From: an uncultured delta proteobacterium
Lineage (GTDB): Bacteria; Desulfobacterota; Binatia; DP-6
Direction of reading: 5' to 3'
NCBI GenBank assembly: GCA_963815115.1
Contig: CAWFFN010000012.1
Coordinates: forward strand, 736,001 to 800,000
Length of the DNA: 64,000 nt
A model generated the notes under the pieces. The model had not been told where the DNA came from. It saw only the letters and a list, made by a program, of their open reading frames with translations, and searched no databases. Position numbers and translations under genes: made by a program. The first letter of the stretch is position 1; each line of letters opens with the position of its first letter. Positions 29,115 to 38,145 of the stretch are shown one piece after another.

Positions 29115-30605
29115 CTATCCCGTGGCGGCCCGGCCGACCGCGTTGCGGCCCGCCCCTTTGATGGTGAAGAGCGCGTGGTCGGCGCCGGCCAGGATGCTCT
29201 GCACGTCGCGTGCGTCCTCGGGGAAGGTGGCCACCCCGAGGCTCATGGTGAGCGACACCGTGTGGCCGGCGGCGGCGAGGTAGATGGTGTGCGCCACGCG
29301 CGTGCGGATGGTCTCCGCCGTGGCGACCGCGGCGTCCTTCCCGAAGCCGGGCAGCACGACCACGAACTCGTCGCCGGCGTACGCGACCGCGAAGCCGCCC
29401 TCGGGAAGCGCCGCCCGGATCGTCGTGGCCACCTCCTGGATCACCCGGCTGCCGTTCAGGTGGCCGTAGGTGTCGACGACGCGCTTGAAGCGGTCGAGGT
29501 CCATGAAGACGACCGAGAACCGTCCCCGATTGGCGGCGCCTTCCTCGACCAGCCGCTCGAGCGCATCGTAGAGATAACGCGTGTTGTACAGCCCGGTGAG
29601 GCTGTCGTGGACGGCGAGGAACGCGAAGTTCTCGGCACTGGCCCGCAACGCCTCCTCCGCCTGCTTGCGCGCGGTGATGTCGACCACCGCGAGCAGGGTG
29701 CGGGAGAGGCTTTCCTCGTGACCGGGCACGACCGTGGCGTGCATGACGGCGGTCCGCCGGTTGCCCCGCAACGTGCGCAGCGAGGTCTCGCGCTCGAGCG
29801 AAGCGACCTTTCCGGCCGCCACCGCGCGCAGGATCTCGGGTCCGGCGCGGCCGACGCCGATCGCCTCGGTGAGCACGCGCACGGCGTCGAGCGCCTGGTC
29901 GTCGCGTGCCTCGAGCAGCTCGACCAGGGCCGCGTTCCAGTCGGTGGTGCGGATCATATCCAGGCAGCGCGCGAGTGCGTCGGGATCGCGCGCCACGCTC
30001 TCCACGTCGCCGCCGCCGGCCACCAGGTCGTCGAGATGGACCTTGAGCGCCGACGCGTCGCCCTCGACCAGCGCGACGGGCGTCGACTGGAAGAGCACGC
30101 GGTAGCGGTCCTCGCTCTCGCGCAGCGCCTCTTCCGCCCGCTTGCGCTGCGTGATGTCGATGCCCGTCGACACGATCTCGCGCAGCCGCCCGCCCTGATC
30201 GAGGACGGGCCGGTTGCGCCACGTCACCCACACCCGCTCGCCGTCGCGGCGCACGTTCTCGTTCTCGTTCGAGAGGTAGCGCTCGGGATGGCGGAGCACG
30301 TCCTCCATCAGGTGGGCGAGATCCCGCCCGCTGGTCTCCGTCCGGGGCACGATCGTCCCGACGACCGAGCGGCCGACGAGCTCGCTCAACGCGTATCCGA
30401 AGAAGTCCTGGCCGTACTCGTTGAGGTACAGGATGCGGCCCTGAGCATCCCAGCGCAGCACGATGCCGTTGATGTTCCACACCAGCTCGCGCTGCTCGGC
30501 CACCGTCGCCGACAGGTTCCGCACCGCCTCGCGCAGCACGGCGGCCTCGGCGCGCAGGCGGTCGAGCTCGGCGCGCGGCTCCGCGTGCGGGATGTCCGAC
30601 GACAT
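29115..30605 (-). CDS. PAS-PAS-GGDEF dinucleotide cyclase, Hypr/GacA-like
   Basis: Two PAS/PAC domains (NENENVRRDGERVWVTW..GIDITQRK; VVDITARK); HDSLTGLYN, DLDRFKRVVDTYGHLNGS, AYAGDEF, SLGVATFPEDA. Confidence 0.9.
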   Translation of the reverse strand: MSSDIPHAEPRAELDRLRAEAAVLREAVRNLSATVAEQRELVWNINGIVLRWDAQGRILYLNEYGQDFFGYALSELVGRSVVGTIVPRTETSGRDLAHLMEDVLRHPERYLSNENENVRRDGERVWVTWRNRPVLDQGGRLREIVSTGIDITQRKRAEEALRESEDRYRVLFQSTPVALVEGDASALKVHLDDLVAGGGDVESVARDPDALARCLDMIRTTDWNAALVELLEARDDQALDAVRVLTEAIGVGRAGPEILRAVAAGKVASLERETSLRTLRGNRRTAVMHATVVPGHEESLSRTLLAVVDITARKQAEEALRASAENFAFLAVHDSLTGLYNTRYLYDALERLVEEGAANRGRFSVVFMDLDRFKRVVDTYGHLNGSRVIQEVATTIRAALPEGGFAVAYAGDEFVVVLPGFGKDAAVATAETIRTRVAHTIYLAAAGHTVSLTMSLGVATFPEDARDVQSILAGADHALFTIKGAGRNAVGRAATG

Positions 30606-30677
30606 GGCTCTGGCAGGGGGCGGTATACGCCTGGCCCGCGGCGCGGGGCAATGGCGGCCGTCTCACGCCCACCGGCG

Positions 30678-32051
30678 TCAGCGCCACAGCAGGCTGATCT
30701 CCTCGAGCGTCTTCCCCTTGGTCTCGGGGACCCGGGCCAGGACGAAGATCAGGGTGACGACGCCCAGGGCGGCGTAGGTGAAGAAGGTCGCCGACGAGCC
30801 CAGGTGATGGGTCATGATCGGGAAGGTGAAGCTCACCACGAAGTTCGCGCCCCAGTTGGCTGCCGTCGACACCCCGACGGCCTGGGCTCGGTTCTGCAGC
30901 GGATAGATCTCGGAGATCATCAACCACACGATCGGGCCCAGGGAGAAGGCGAAGAAGACGATGTACGCCGCGAGGCAGACCACGGTGATGGCGCCGAGGT
31001 CGGCGCCGGGGCCGCCCGGGGCGTGGTCGCGGAAGGCGAGGCCGAGGACCGCCAGGGTGGCGACCATCCCGAGCACGCCGGCGATCAGGAGCGGCCTGCG
31101 ACCCGCCCGGTCGACCAGCCAGATGGCGATGAAGGTCGCCAGCACGTTGATGGTGCCGATGCCGGTGGTGGCGCCGAGCGCCGCCGCATCGGAGGTGAAG
31201 CCCGCGCTCTGGAAGATCTGCGGCGCGTAGTAGATCACGGCATTGATCCCCGTGATCTGCTGGAACACCGCGAGCCCGATCCCGACGATCAAGGCCGGGC
31301 GGAGCGCGCGATGGAGGAGCTCGCCCCACGTTCCCTGACCCTCGGCGGCGAGGTCGCTCTCGAGCCGGAGGAGCGCGGCGTCGGCGTCGCCGTGCGGGTC
31401 GATCTGGGCGAGGACCGCCCGCGCCTCGCGCTCGCGTCCCTGCTTCACGAGCCAGCGCGGGCTCTCCGGCATCAGCGTCATGCCGATCGCGAGCAGTAGC
31501 CCCGGGAAGGCTCCGAGGCCCAGCATCCACCGCCAGGCGTGCGCCGCGGCGAGGAGCGCGCACGCGATGTAGGCGAGCAGGATGCCGATCGTCAGGGCGA
31601 GCTGGAAGAGGGACACGAAGGTGCCCCGGATGCGCGCCGGCGACGCCTCCGCGATGTACATGGGACCGCCGACCGAGGTGAGGCCGATGCCGCAGCCGAC
31701 CAGGAAGCGCCCCGCGACGAGCGTCGACACGCTGGTGGCGACGGCGCAGAGGATCGAGGAGACCGCGAAGACCACACCCGCGGCAATGTTGGTGAGGCGC
31801 CGGCCGCCGCGGTCGGCGAGCACCCCGGCACCCATCGCGGCCACGAGGGCGCCGAGCGTCACGGCGCTCACGGTCAGCCCCTCGGCGCCGACGCTCATGG
31901 GGAACGTCTCCTTGATGTAGAGGATCGCCCCCGAGATGACGCCGGTGTCGTAGCCGAAGAGGCCCCCGCCGATGGCCGCGATGGCGGCCACCATGACCAC
32001 GAAGAGGGACGCTCCGGCCTCGCGCGCCGCTCCGCCCGTCGTCGTGGTCAC
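30678..32051 (-). CDS. Sugar porter family MFS transporter (GalP/XylE-like)
   Basis: GGLFGYDTGVISGA, DRGGRR, PMYIAEASP..RG, PESPRWL, QQITGINAVIYY, PETKGKTLEEI. Confidence 0.95.
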   Translation of the reverse strand: MTTTTGGAAREAGASLFVVMVAAIAAIGGGLFGYDTGVISGAILYIKETFPMSVGAEGLTVSAVTLGALVAAMGAGVLADRGGRRLTNIAAGVVFAVSSILCAVATSVSTLVAGRFLVGCGIGLTSVGGPMYIAEASPARIRGTFVSLFQLALTIGILLAYIACALLAAAHAWRWMLGLGAFPGLLLAIGMTLMPESPRWLVKQGREREARAVLAQIDPHGDADAALLRLESDLAAEGQGTWGELLHRALRPALIVGIGLAVFQQITGINAVIYYAPQIFQSAGFTSDAAALGATTGIGTINVLATFIAIWLVDRAGRRPLLIAGVLGMVATLAVLGLAFRDHAPGGPGADLGAITVVCLAAYIVFFAFSLGPIVWLMISEIYPLQNRAQAVGVSTAANWGANFVVSFTFPIMTHHLGSSATFFTYAALGVVTLIFVLARVPETKGKTLEEISLLWR

Positions 32052-32122
32052 CCGCCCCCCTTTCCGCGGCGTGGCCGCGCGGCAGAGACGGACGGCGATC
32101 TACCAGAAAGGCCCGATGGTCG

Positions 32123-33007
32123 TCACGCCGACAGGAGCGCGGAGGCGAGCTCCCGCCACTGTGGCAACGGAAGCGCCCGAGGATCGGCGGGCAGCACCTG
32201 CACGCAGACATGGTCTGCGCCGGCAGCGAGATGCGCGCGCACCCGGGCCAGGAGCGCGTCGGCGTCGCCCCACGCCACGATGGCGTCGACCAGGCGGTCG
32301 CTGCCGCCGTCGCGCAGGTCGTCGTCGCCGAAGCCGAGGGAGCGCAGGTTGCGCACGTAGTTGGGCAGGCCGAGATACATCGCCATGTGCCCCCGGGCGA
32401 TGGTGCGTGCCTTTGCCGGGTCGGTCTCGAGGACGAGAGCCTGCTCGGGCGCCAGGAGCGGCCCGCGCCCCATGATCTCGCGGGCGCGCGCGGTGTGCTC
32501 CGGAGGCACGAAGTAGGGATGCGCCCCGGCGGTGCGCTGGCCGGCCAGCGCGAGCATCTTCGGCGCGAGCGCGCCGATCACGCGGCGAGGAGGCTCGCTC
32601 GGCGGCGCCGCCAGGAACGGCGCCGCATCCATGGCATCGAGGTAGCGGCGCATGAACGAGAGAGGCTTGTCGTAGCGGTGCCCGCGGAGCCCCTCGACGA
32701 GGGGAGCGTGGCTGACGCCGATGCCGAGGAGGAAGCGCCCGGGGTACGCCTCGTCGAGCGTCTTCTCCGCCGCGGCCATGGTCATGGCGTCACGTCCCCA
32801 GACGTTGGCGATGCCGGTGGCCACGGTCAGGCGACGCGTGGCGGCGAGCAGCAGCCCGGCGTGCGTGAACGCCTCGCGCCCCATGGCCTCGGGGATCCAG
32901 AGTGCGGGATAGCCGAGCGACTCGATCTCGGCGGCCGCCTCCTGCGCCTTCGCGGCGGGCTGCAGCTCGAGTGCGAACGTCCAGATGCCGACACGTCCGA
33001 TGTCCAT
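32123..33007 (-). CDS. LLM-class F420-dependent oxidoreductase (MSMEG_4141-like)
   Basis: MDIGRVGIW, ALWIPE, VATGIANVW, GRFLLGIGVSH, AGAHPY, AGADHVCVQV. Confidence 0.9.
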   Translation of the reverse strand: MDIGRVGIWTFALELQPAAKAQEAAAEIESLGYPALWIPEAMGREAFTHAGLLLAATRRLTVATGIANVWGRDAMTMAAAEKTLDEAYPGRFLLGIGVSHAPLVEGLRGHRYDKPLSFMRRYLDAMDAAPFLAAPPSEPPRRVIGALAPKMLALAGQRTAGAHPYFVPPEHTARAREIMGRGPLLAPEQALVLETDPAKARTIARGHMAMYLGLPNYVRNLRSLGFGDDDLRDGGSDRLVDAIVAWGDADALLARVRAHLAAGADHVCVQVLPADPRALPLPQWRELASALLSA

Positions 33008-33107
33008 CGCGTCCGTGTGGCACGGGCACGGTCCGATGCCAAGGGGCGGACCCGCGTTGCCGTCGCGACCGCACGGCGCTAGAGGGGCCGCGGGAGGGCC
33101 CCGACCC

Positions 33108-33665
33108 ATGAGTCGACGTGCCGCCGCGATCGCCGCCGTCCTGTTCCTCACGCCCCTCGGAGCCGCCGCCGTCGAGGTCGCCGGCGTGTCGTTCCCGCCC
33201 ACGGTGCAGGCCGGTGGCAAGACCCTCACCCTCAACGGTGCCGGGCTGCGGACGCGGTTCTTCTTCAAGGTGTATGCGATGGGCCTCTATCTGGAGCATC
33301 CCAGCAGCGACGCCAGGGCGATCCTCGCTGCAGACGGGGTGCGCCGGGCCGAGCTCCACATGCTGCGCTCGGTGTCAGGCGCCGAGATGGGCGACGCCAT
33401 CGCGACGGCCGTCAACGCCAACGCCGGCAGCGCGGCCGGCCGGCTGAAGGATCGCGTCGACCGCCTGAAGGCCATGTTCACGAGCGCCAACCAGGGCGAG
33501 GTCATCACCCTCACCTACCTCCCCGGCACCGGCACGGTGGTCGCCGCGAAGGGCAGCGACGTCGGCACCATCGAGGGCAAGGACTTCGCAGATGCGCTCT
33601 TCGGCGCGTGGATCGGCACGGCGCCGGTGGACGACTCGCTCAAGCAGGCGCTCCTCGCGGGCTAG
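33108..33665 (+). CDS. Chalcone isomerase-like family secreted protein
   Basis: Signal peptide; LTLNGAGLRTRFFFKVYAMGLYL, FADALFGAWIG..PVDDSLKQALL. Confidence 0.9.
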   Translation: MSRRAAAIAAVLFLTPLGAAAVEVAGVSFPPTVQAGGKTLTLNGAGLRTRFFFKVYAMGLYLEHPSSDARAILAADGVRRAELHMLRSVSGAEMGDAIATAVNANAGSAAGRLKDRVDRLKAMFTSANQGEVITLTYLPGTGTVVAAKGSDVGTIEGKDFADALFGAWIGTAPVDDSLKQALLAG

Positions 33666-33788
33666 AGCGATCCGAGGTTCCGTCTCGGGTCGCTCAGCTG
33701 CGCATTCCGTCGCCAGGGAGTGCCGCGATCGCGAGCATCCCTGTCCGATCGGGCGAAGACCCACCGCGTCCGCACGTGGGCGGGACGC

Positions 33789-33804
33789 TGGCACCGCGGT
33801 TGCT
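33789..33804 (+). promoter_or_regulatory. Sigma-54 (-24/-12) promoter of the patatin gene
   Basis: TGGCAC-CGCGG-TTGCT, an exact match to TGGCAC-N5-TTGCW, ending 21 nt before ATG 33826. Confidence 0.7.
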
Positions 33805-33825
33805 GGAACGCGAGGCGATCCGTTC

Positions 33826-35097
33826 ATGCTCGGACTGGTGCTGACGGCCGGGGGCGCGCGCGGCGCCTATCAAGCCGGTGTGCTGAAGCGCATCGGCGAG
33901 ATCCCCGGGCTGCGCGAGGCGCCGTCGCCGTTCTCCATCGTCACCGGGGCGTCCGCGGGGGCCATCAACGTCGCCGCCGTCGCCGCCGGCAGCGCGAGCT
34001 TTCACGACGCCACCCAGCAGCTCGCCGCCATGTGGTGCCAGCTCCAGGTGGAGCAGGTGTTCCGGACCGACGCGCTCTCGCTCGGGCTGGGGGCGTTCGG
34101 CATGCTGCGCGACCTGGCGCTGGGTGGTCTCTTCGGCCGCACCGTCACCCAGGCGCTCTTCGACACCGCACCGCTGCGGGAGCTGCTCGCCCGCGCGCTG
34201 CCGCTCGACGGCATCGCCGAGGCGATCCGGCTCGGCCACCTCTATGCCATCGCCGTGTCGGCCACGAGCTACCACTCGGGTCGCTCGTTCACCTTCGTCC
34301 AGGGCCGACCCGGGCATCCCGTGTGGCGGAAGTCCAGGCGCGTCGTCCTGCCGGTCGAGCTGACCCTCGACCACGTGTGCGCATCGGCGGCCATCCCGAT
34401 CGTGTTCCCGCCCGTGCGCGTGCGCTCGCCGGCGGGCGACCTGTACTTCGGCGACGGCGCGCTCCGCCTGTTCACGCCCTTCAGCCCCGCCATCCGTCTC
34501 GGCGCCAGCCGCGTGCTGGCCGTCGGCGTGCGCTCCCAGCGTGCCGCCGACACGCTGTCGCGCGAGGAGCTCGCGACCGCGGAGGAGACCGGCGCGGCCG
34601 GGTCGGTGCTGCCATCGCCGCCGCTGGCGCAGATCTGCGGCGTGTTCCTGAACGCCATCTTCCTGGACCACCTCGACGGCGACCTGGACCATTTGCGGCG
34701 CATGAACGAGCTCATCCTCGCCTACGGCGGGGACCTCGAGGCGCGCAAGGAACGCGCCGCGGCCGCGCGCGTCAGCGAGCCGATGCGGCTGGTGACCCCG
34801 CTCGTGGTCAGCCCGTCGGAGGACCTGGCGATGGTCGCGCAGCGCTTCGCGCACCGCATGCCGCGTCTCGTGCGCTACCTGATGGACGGACTCGGCACCC
34901 CGGACGCGCAGAGCGCCGACCTGATGAGCTACCTGCTGTTCGACGCCGCCTACACGCGAGCGCTCGTCGACATCGGCCACCGCGATGCCAGCGAGCGCAT
35001 CGGCGAGATCGAGGCCTTTCTCCGCGTGTCACGGTCGTCGCGCAGCAAGGGAAGGGTACGCGCGGGCCGCCCGGACCGGGAACGCGCCGCCGGCTGA
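33826..35097 (+). CDS. Patatin-like phospholipase
   Basis: LVLTAGGARGAYQAG oxyanion motif, GASAG nucleophile, ASAAIPIVFPP, DGA catalytic Asp. Confidence 0.93.
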   Translation: MLGLVLTAGGARGAYQAGVLKRIGEIPGLREAPSPFSIVTGASAGAINVAAVAAGSASFHDATQQLAAMWCQLQVEQVFRTDALSLGLGAFGMLRDLALGGLFGRTVTQALFDTAPLRELLARALPLDGIAEAIRLGHLYAIAVSATSYHSGRSFTFVQGRPGHPVWRKSRRVVLPVELTLDHVCASAAIPIVFPPVRVRSPAGDLYFGDGALRLFTPFSPAIRLGASRVLAVGVRSQRAADTLSREELATAEETGAAGSVLPSPPLAQICGVFLNAIFLDHLDGDLDHLRRMNELILAYGGDLEARKERAAAARVSEPMRLVTPLVVSPSEDLAMVAQRFAHRMPRLVRYLMDGLGTPDAQSADLMSYLLFDAAYTRALVDIGHRDASERIGEIEAFLRVSRSSRSKGRVRAGRPDRERAAG

Positions 35098-35287
35098 GCA
35101 GCGCCCGCGACGCTCTCGCGCGCCCTTGATTCGCCCGCGTCGGCTCGCGCCCGCCGGCCGAGATGTTCGCCGGGCCGAACGTGCTCGAGGTGCACGAGGT
35201 GATGACCAGTACCGACCTGGACCTCGCGTGACGCGTTAGAAGAAAAGTGGCTTGACACGAATCGCCGACCGGCGCCAACGGGTCGGC

Positions 35288-36334
35288 ATGACGACGCTCC
35301 ATCGAGGTCTCACGCTGTTCATCCTCGGAGCGCTCGTGCTGGGCGCCGGTAGTCCGGTAGCGGCCAAACCCACTCCCACCCAGAAGTGCACCGCCGCCAA
35401 GGTGAAAGCGGCCGCGAAGAAGCTGTCGGCGAAGCTCGCGTGCTACGCCAAGGCAGCGACGAAGAACGCTCCAGTCGACGACGAATGCCTGGGCAAGGCC
35501 GAAACCAGCTTCAGGACGGCCTTCTCGAAGGCCGAATCGAAGGGCGGCTGCATCACCAGCGGCGACGCGACCGCGGTCGAGGCCGGGATCGAAGCCTTCG
35601 TCCAATCGTTGGCGACTGCCCTTCCCGACGGCGGTACGAAGGACGGGGGGAAGTGCGCGTCCGGGAAGCGCAAGGCGGCGGGAAAGAAGGCGATGGCCAA
35701 GCTCCTGTGCTACGCAAAATCCGCCACCAAGAACGTGCCGGTGGATGCCGGCTGCCTCGGCAAGGCGGAGGCCAACCTCGAGAAGGCCTTCAGCAAGGCG
35801 GAGAAGAAGGGCGGGTGCACGACGAGCGGAGACGCGGCGACGGTCGAGGACGCGGTCGACGCCATCGTCGCGCAGGTGGTGGCGCAGCTCACCACCCCGC
35901 CGACGACGACCACGACCGCCACGACCACCACGGCGGGGGGGCCGACCACCACGGCAACGGGGCCGACCACCACCGCGACCGGAGCGAGCACCACCTCGAC
36001 GACGATGGCGCCGGCCGTTCACGTCGTCATGGTCGGACCCAACGACATGCTGGTCTTCGACCCGGCGTCGCTTCCCATCCACGTGGGCGAGACCGTGCGC
36101 TGGGTGTGGGCCACGAGCTTTCACAGCGTGGTGAGTGGCACGGTGTCCACGGACGGGACCCGGATGCCGGACGGCCTGTTCTGCTCGCCGAACAACACCG
36201 CGTGCGACACGCTCCAGACCTCCAACGCGGGTGACACGTACGAGCGCACGTTCAACACCACGGGCACGTTCCCGTACTACTGTGCTCCGCACGGCAACAT
36301 GGGCATGGTCGGGACGATCGTGGTGCAACCCTAG
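35288..36334 (+). CDS. Secreted protein: two Cys-paired helical repeats, Thr-rich linker, cupredoxin (type 1 copper) domain
   Basis: Signal peptide; repeat KC..K.KAA.K...KL.CYAK.A.KN.PVD..CLGKAE...AFSKAE.KGGC twice; FHSVV...YYCAPHGNMGMVGTIVV supplies His/Cys/His/Met ligands. Confidence 0.88.
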   Translation: MTTLHRGLTLFILGALVLGAGSPVAAKPTPTQKCTAAKVKAAAKKLSAKLACYAKAATKNAPVDDECLGKAETSFRTAFSKAESKGGCITSGDATAVEAGIEAFVQSLATALPDGGTKDGGKCASGKRKAAGKKAMAKLLCYAKSATKNVPVDAGCLGKAEANLEKAFSKAEKKGGCTTSGDAATVEDAVDAIVAQVVAQLTTPPTTTTTATTTTAGGPTTTATGPTTTATGASTTSTTMAPAVHVVMVGPNDMLVFDPASLPIHVGETVRWVWATSFHSVVSGTVSTDGTRMPDGLFCSPNNTACDTLQTSNAGDTYERTFNTTGTFPYYCAPHGNMGMVGTIVVQP

Positions 36335-37038
36335 GCAGACGAGGGCTGCGTGGTGCGGTCGGGCGCGCCCCGTCGCCCCGCCGCCCGCGGGGAGCGCAGC
36401 AGCAGGCGGTCGAGCACGGCGATCGTGAGCAGCGAGAGCAGCGCGGAGAACGCGACGTCGCTCACGAAGTGGGCTCCCGACAGCACCCGCACGGCGCTGA
36501 CCGCGACCCCCGCGGCCAGCGCCGCGCCCACCGCGAAGGCCGATCCCGCAGCGACGCCGAGGGCGGTGAGCGCGAAGGCCGCGGCCGCGTCGCCGCTGGG
36601 AAAGGCGCAGTTCCGCCGGCATTGCGCCGCCGGAATTCCCGCGCGCGAGAACTGCGCGCCGCCGCCGAACTGACTGATCTCGCTCGGACGGGCACGGCCC
36701 CAGTGCTGCTTCAGTATCGAGTTGACGATGAGGCCGGGCCCGACGAGGAACGTGAGCAGGACCAGAAGGAGGCGGGGTGTGTCGAAGCCTCGCAGGATCG
36801 GGCGCCCGGCCATGCGGTTGGCCGCCAGGAGCACGATCGCGCCGACGACGGCCAGCCAGCAGCTGATCGAGACCAGCCAGCTCATCCGCAGCGCCAGCCC
36901 GTAGCGCGACAGCAGGAACTCGCCCGGACGGGAACGGTAGACCAGGCTCGAGATGGCGAGGTCGAGCCGCGGAAAGACGACGAAGAATGTGCCGATGACC
37001 GCCGCCGTCCCGATCGCCGCCCACAGGAGCCGCCGCAC
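36331..37038 (-). CDS. PAP2-family membrane phosphatase (LpxF-like)
   Basis: KQHWGRARP (C1), FPSGD (C2 variant), RVLSGAHFVSDV (C3). Confidence 0.85.
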   Translation of the reverse strand: MRRLLWAAIGTAAVIGTFFVVFPRLDLAISSLVYRSRPGEFLLSRYGLALRMSWLVSISCWLAVVGAIVLLAANRMAGRPILRGFDTPRLLLVLLTFLVGPGLIVNSILKQHWGRARPSEISQFGGGAQFSRAGIPAAQCRRNCAFPSGDAAAAFALTALGVAAGSAFAVGAALAAGVAVSAVRVLSGAHFVSDVAFSALLSLLTIAVLDRLLLRSPRAAGRRGAPDRTTQPSSA

Positions 37039-37120
37039 GGGGGTGAGTCCTAGGCGCGCGAGGCGTCTCCGTCCAGTGCGGGTGGGCGGTCGCCGGAAGC
37101 GGAGAGCGGGGGCACGCTGG

Positions 37121-37501
37121 TCAGACGTTCCCCGGCCCGCGCAGGTTCTCGGGGCCTCCCTCCACCCAGATCAGGTCCTCGACGAGCTCCTCCAGGAACG
37201 TCGGGTGGTCGTCGCCCCGGCGACCACCCGGGATGGGGTGGCTCGTGCCGTCGTTGGCGCTCGCGGGCGCGTCGCGCAGCGTGTCCAGGATCACCTGGCG
37301 CAGTCCGGCGAGGCTGCGGCCCTGGAAGTCCGCGAGATCTCCCAGGCTGTCACCGCCGGTGAGTCGTTCCCGCAGATCGGCCTCTCCGATCTTCAGGTAG
37401 CGTGCCGCCGCCGCGTGCACGGCGACGAACCGGGACCGGACTGCTTCGAGATAGGCCTGCAGGCTCGACACGCCGCCGCTTACTTCGATTCTGATCTCCA
37501 T
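37121..37501 (-). CDS. Hypothetical protein
   Basis: GGAGG RBS; MEIRIEVSGG...AAARYLKIGEADLRERLTGGDSLGDLADFQGRS helical motif. Confidence 0.6.
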   Translation of the reverse strand: MEIRIEVSGGVSSLQAYLEAVRSRFVAVHAAAARYLKIGEADLRERLTGGDSLGDLADFQGRSLAGLRQVILDTLRDAPASANDGTSHPIPGGRRGDDHPTFLEELVEDLIWVEGGPENLRGPGNV

Positions 37502-37630
37502 CGTCGTCCTCCGGGTTGCGCCATCCGTCCGTCCGGAAGGCGATGCGCGACCTGCATCCCCTTGAGGGCGGGATGGGCGCGTTCGGTTGACCCGGGCGCC
37601 CGGCGGTAGCGAAGATGCTACCCTCGGACG

Positions 37631-38089
37631 ATGGCAGATCAGACCATCGAAGGATGTGGGTGCCCGCCGACGGTGACCCCCATCCCGTCCACGGGCGGCG
37701 TGCACCACGTTTTCATCACGGTGAACGACCTGGCGCGCTCGCGTCCCTTCTATGCCGCCCTCATGCCGCGGCTCGGCTACCCGGCGACCTGGGAGTACGA
37801 GGGTCTGAGCGCGGGCTGGCTCAGCCCCGGCGGAAGCTTCTGGATCAAGCAGGCCGATGCGCGGCACGTCGGCGCGAGCTTCTCGAAGGACCGCGTCGGG
37901 CTCTGCGAGGTGGCGTTCCGCGCCGAGAGCCGCGAGCAGGTGGATGCGCTGGCACGTGACGTCGAGAGCTTCGGCGGGACGATCCTGGATGCGCCCCGTG
38001 AGTACCCGGAGTACGTCCGGGGCTACTATGCGGTCTTCTTCGCAGACCCGGACGGGATCAAGCTCGAGCTGGTGCACATTCCGGCCTGA
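37631..38089 (+). CDS. VOC/glyoxalase family protein
   Basis: VHHVFITVNDLARSRPFY, VAFRAESREQVD, YYAVFFADPDGIKLELVH. Confidence 0.92.
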   Translation: MADQTIEGCGCPPTVTPIPSTGGVHHVFITVNDLARSRPFYAALMPRLGYPATWEYEGLSAGWLSPGGSFWIKQADARHVGASFSKDRVGLCEVAFRAESREQVDALARDVESFGGTILDAPREYPEYVRGYYAVFFADPDGIKLELVHIPA

Positions 38090-38145
38090 AGCGTTCCGGC
38101 GCCCGTCCCGTTGCCAGGGACCGGGATCCTCAGTAGCGGTGCGCG

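Noticed and set aside
36331-37038. PAP2 C2 motif PSGD instead of PSGH
   Set aside because: Acidic substitutions at this position occur in LpxF-like PAP2 proteins; insufficient to claim inactivity or novelty.
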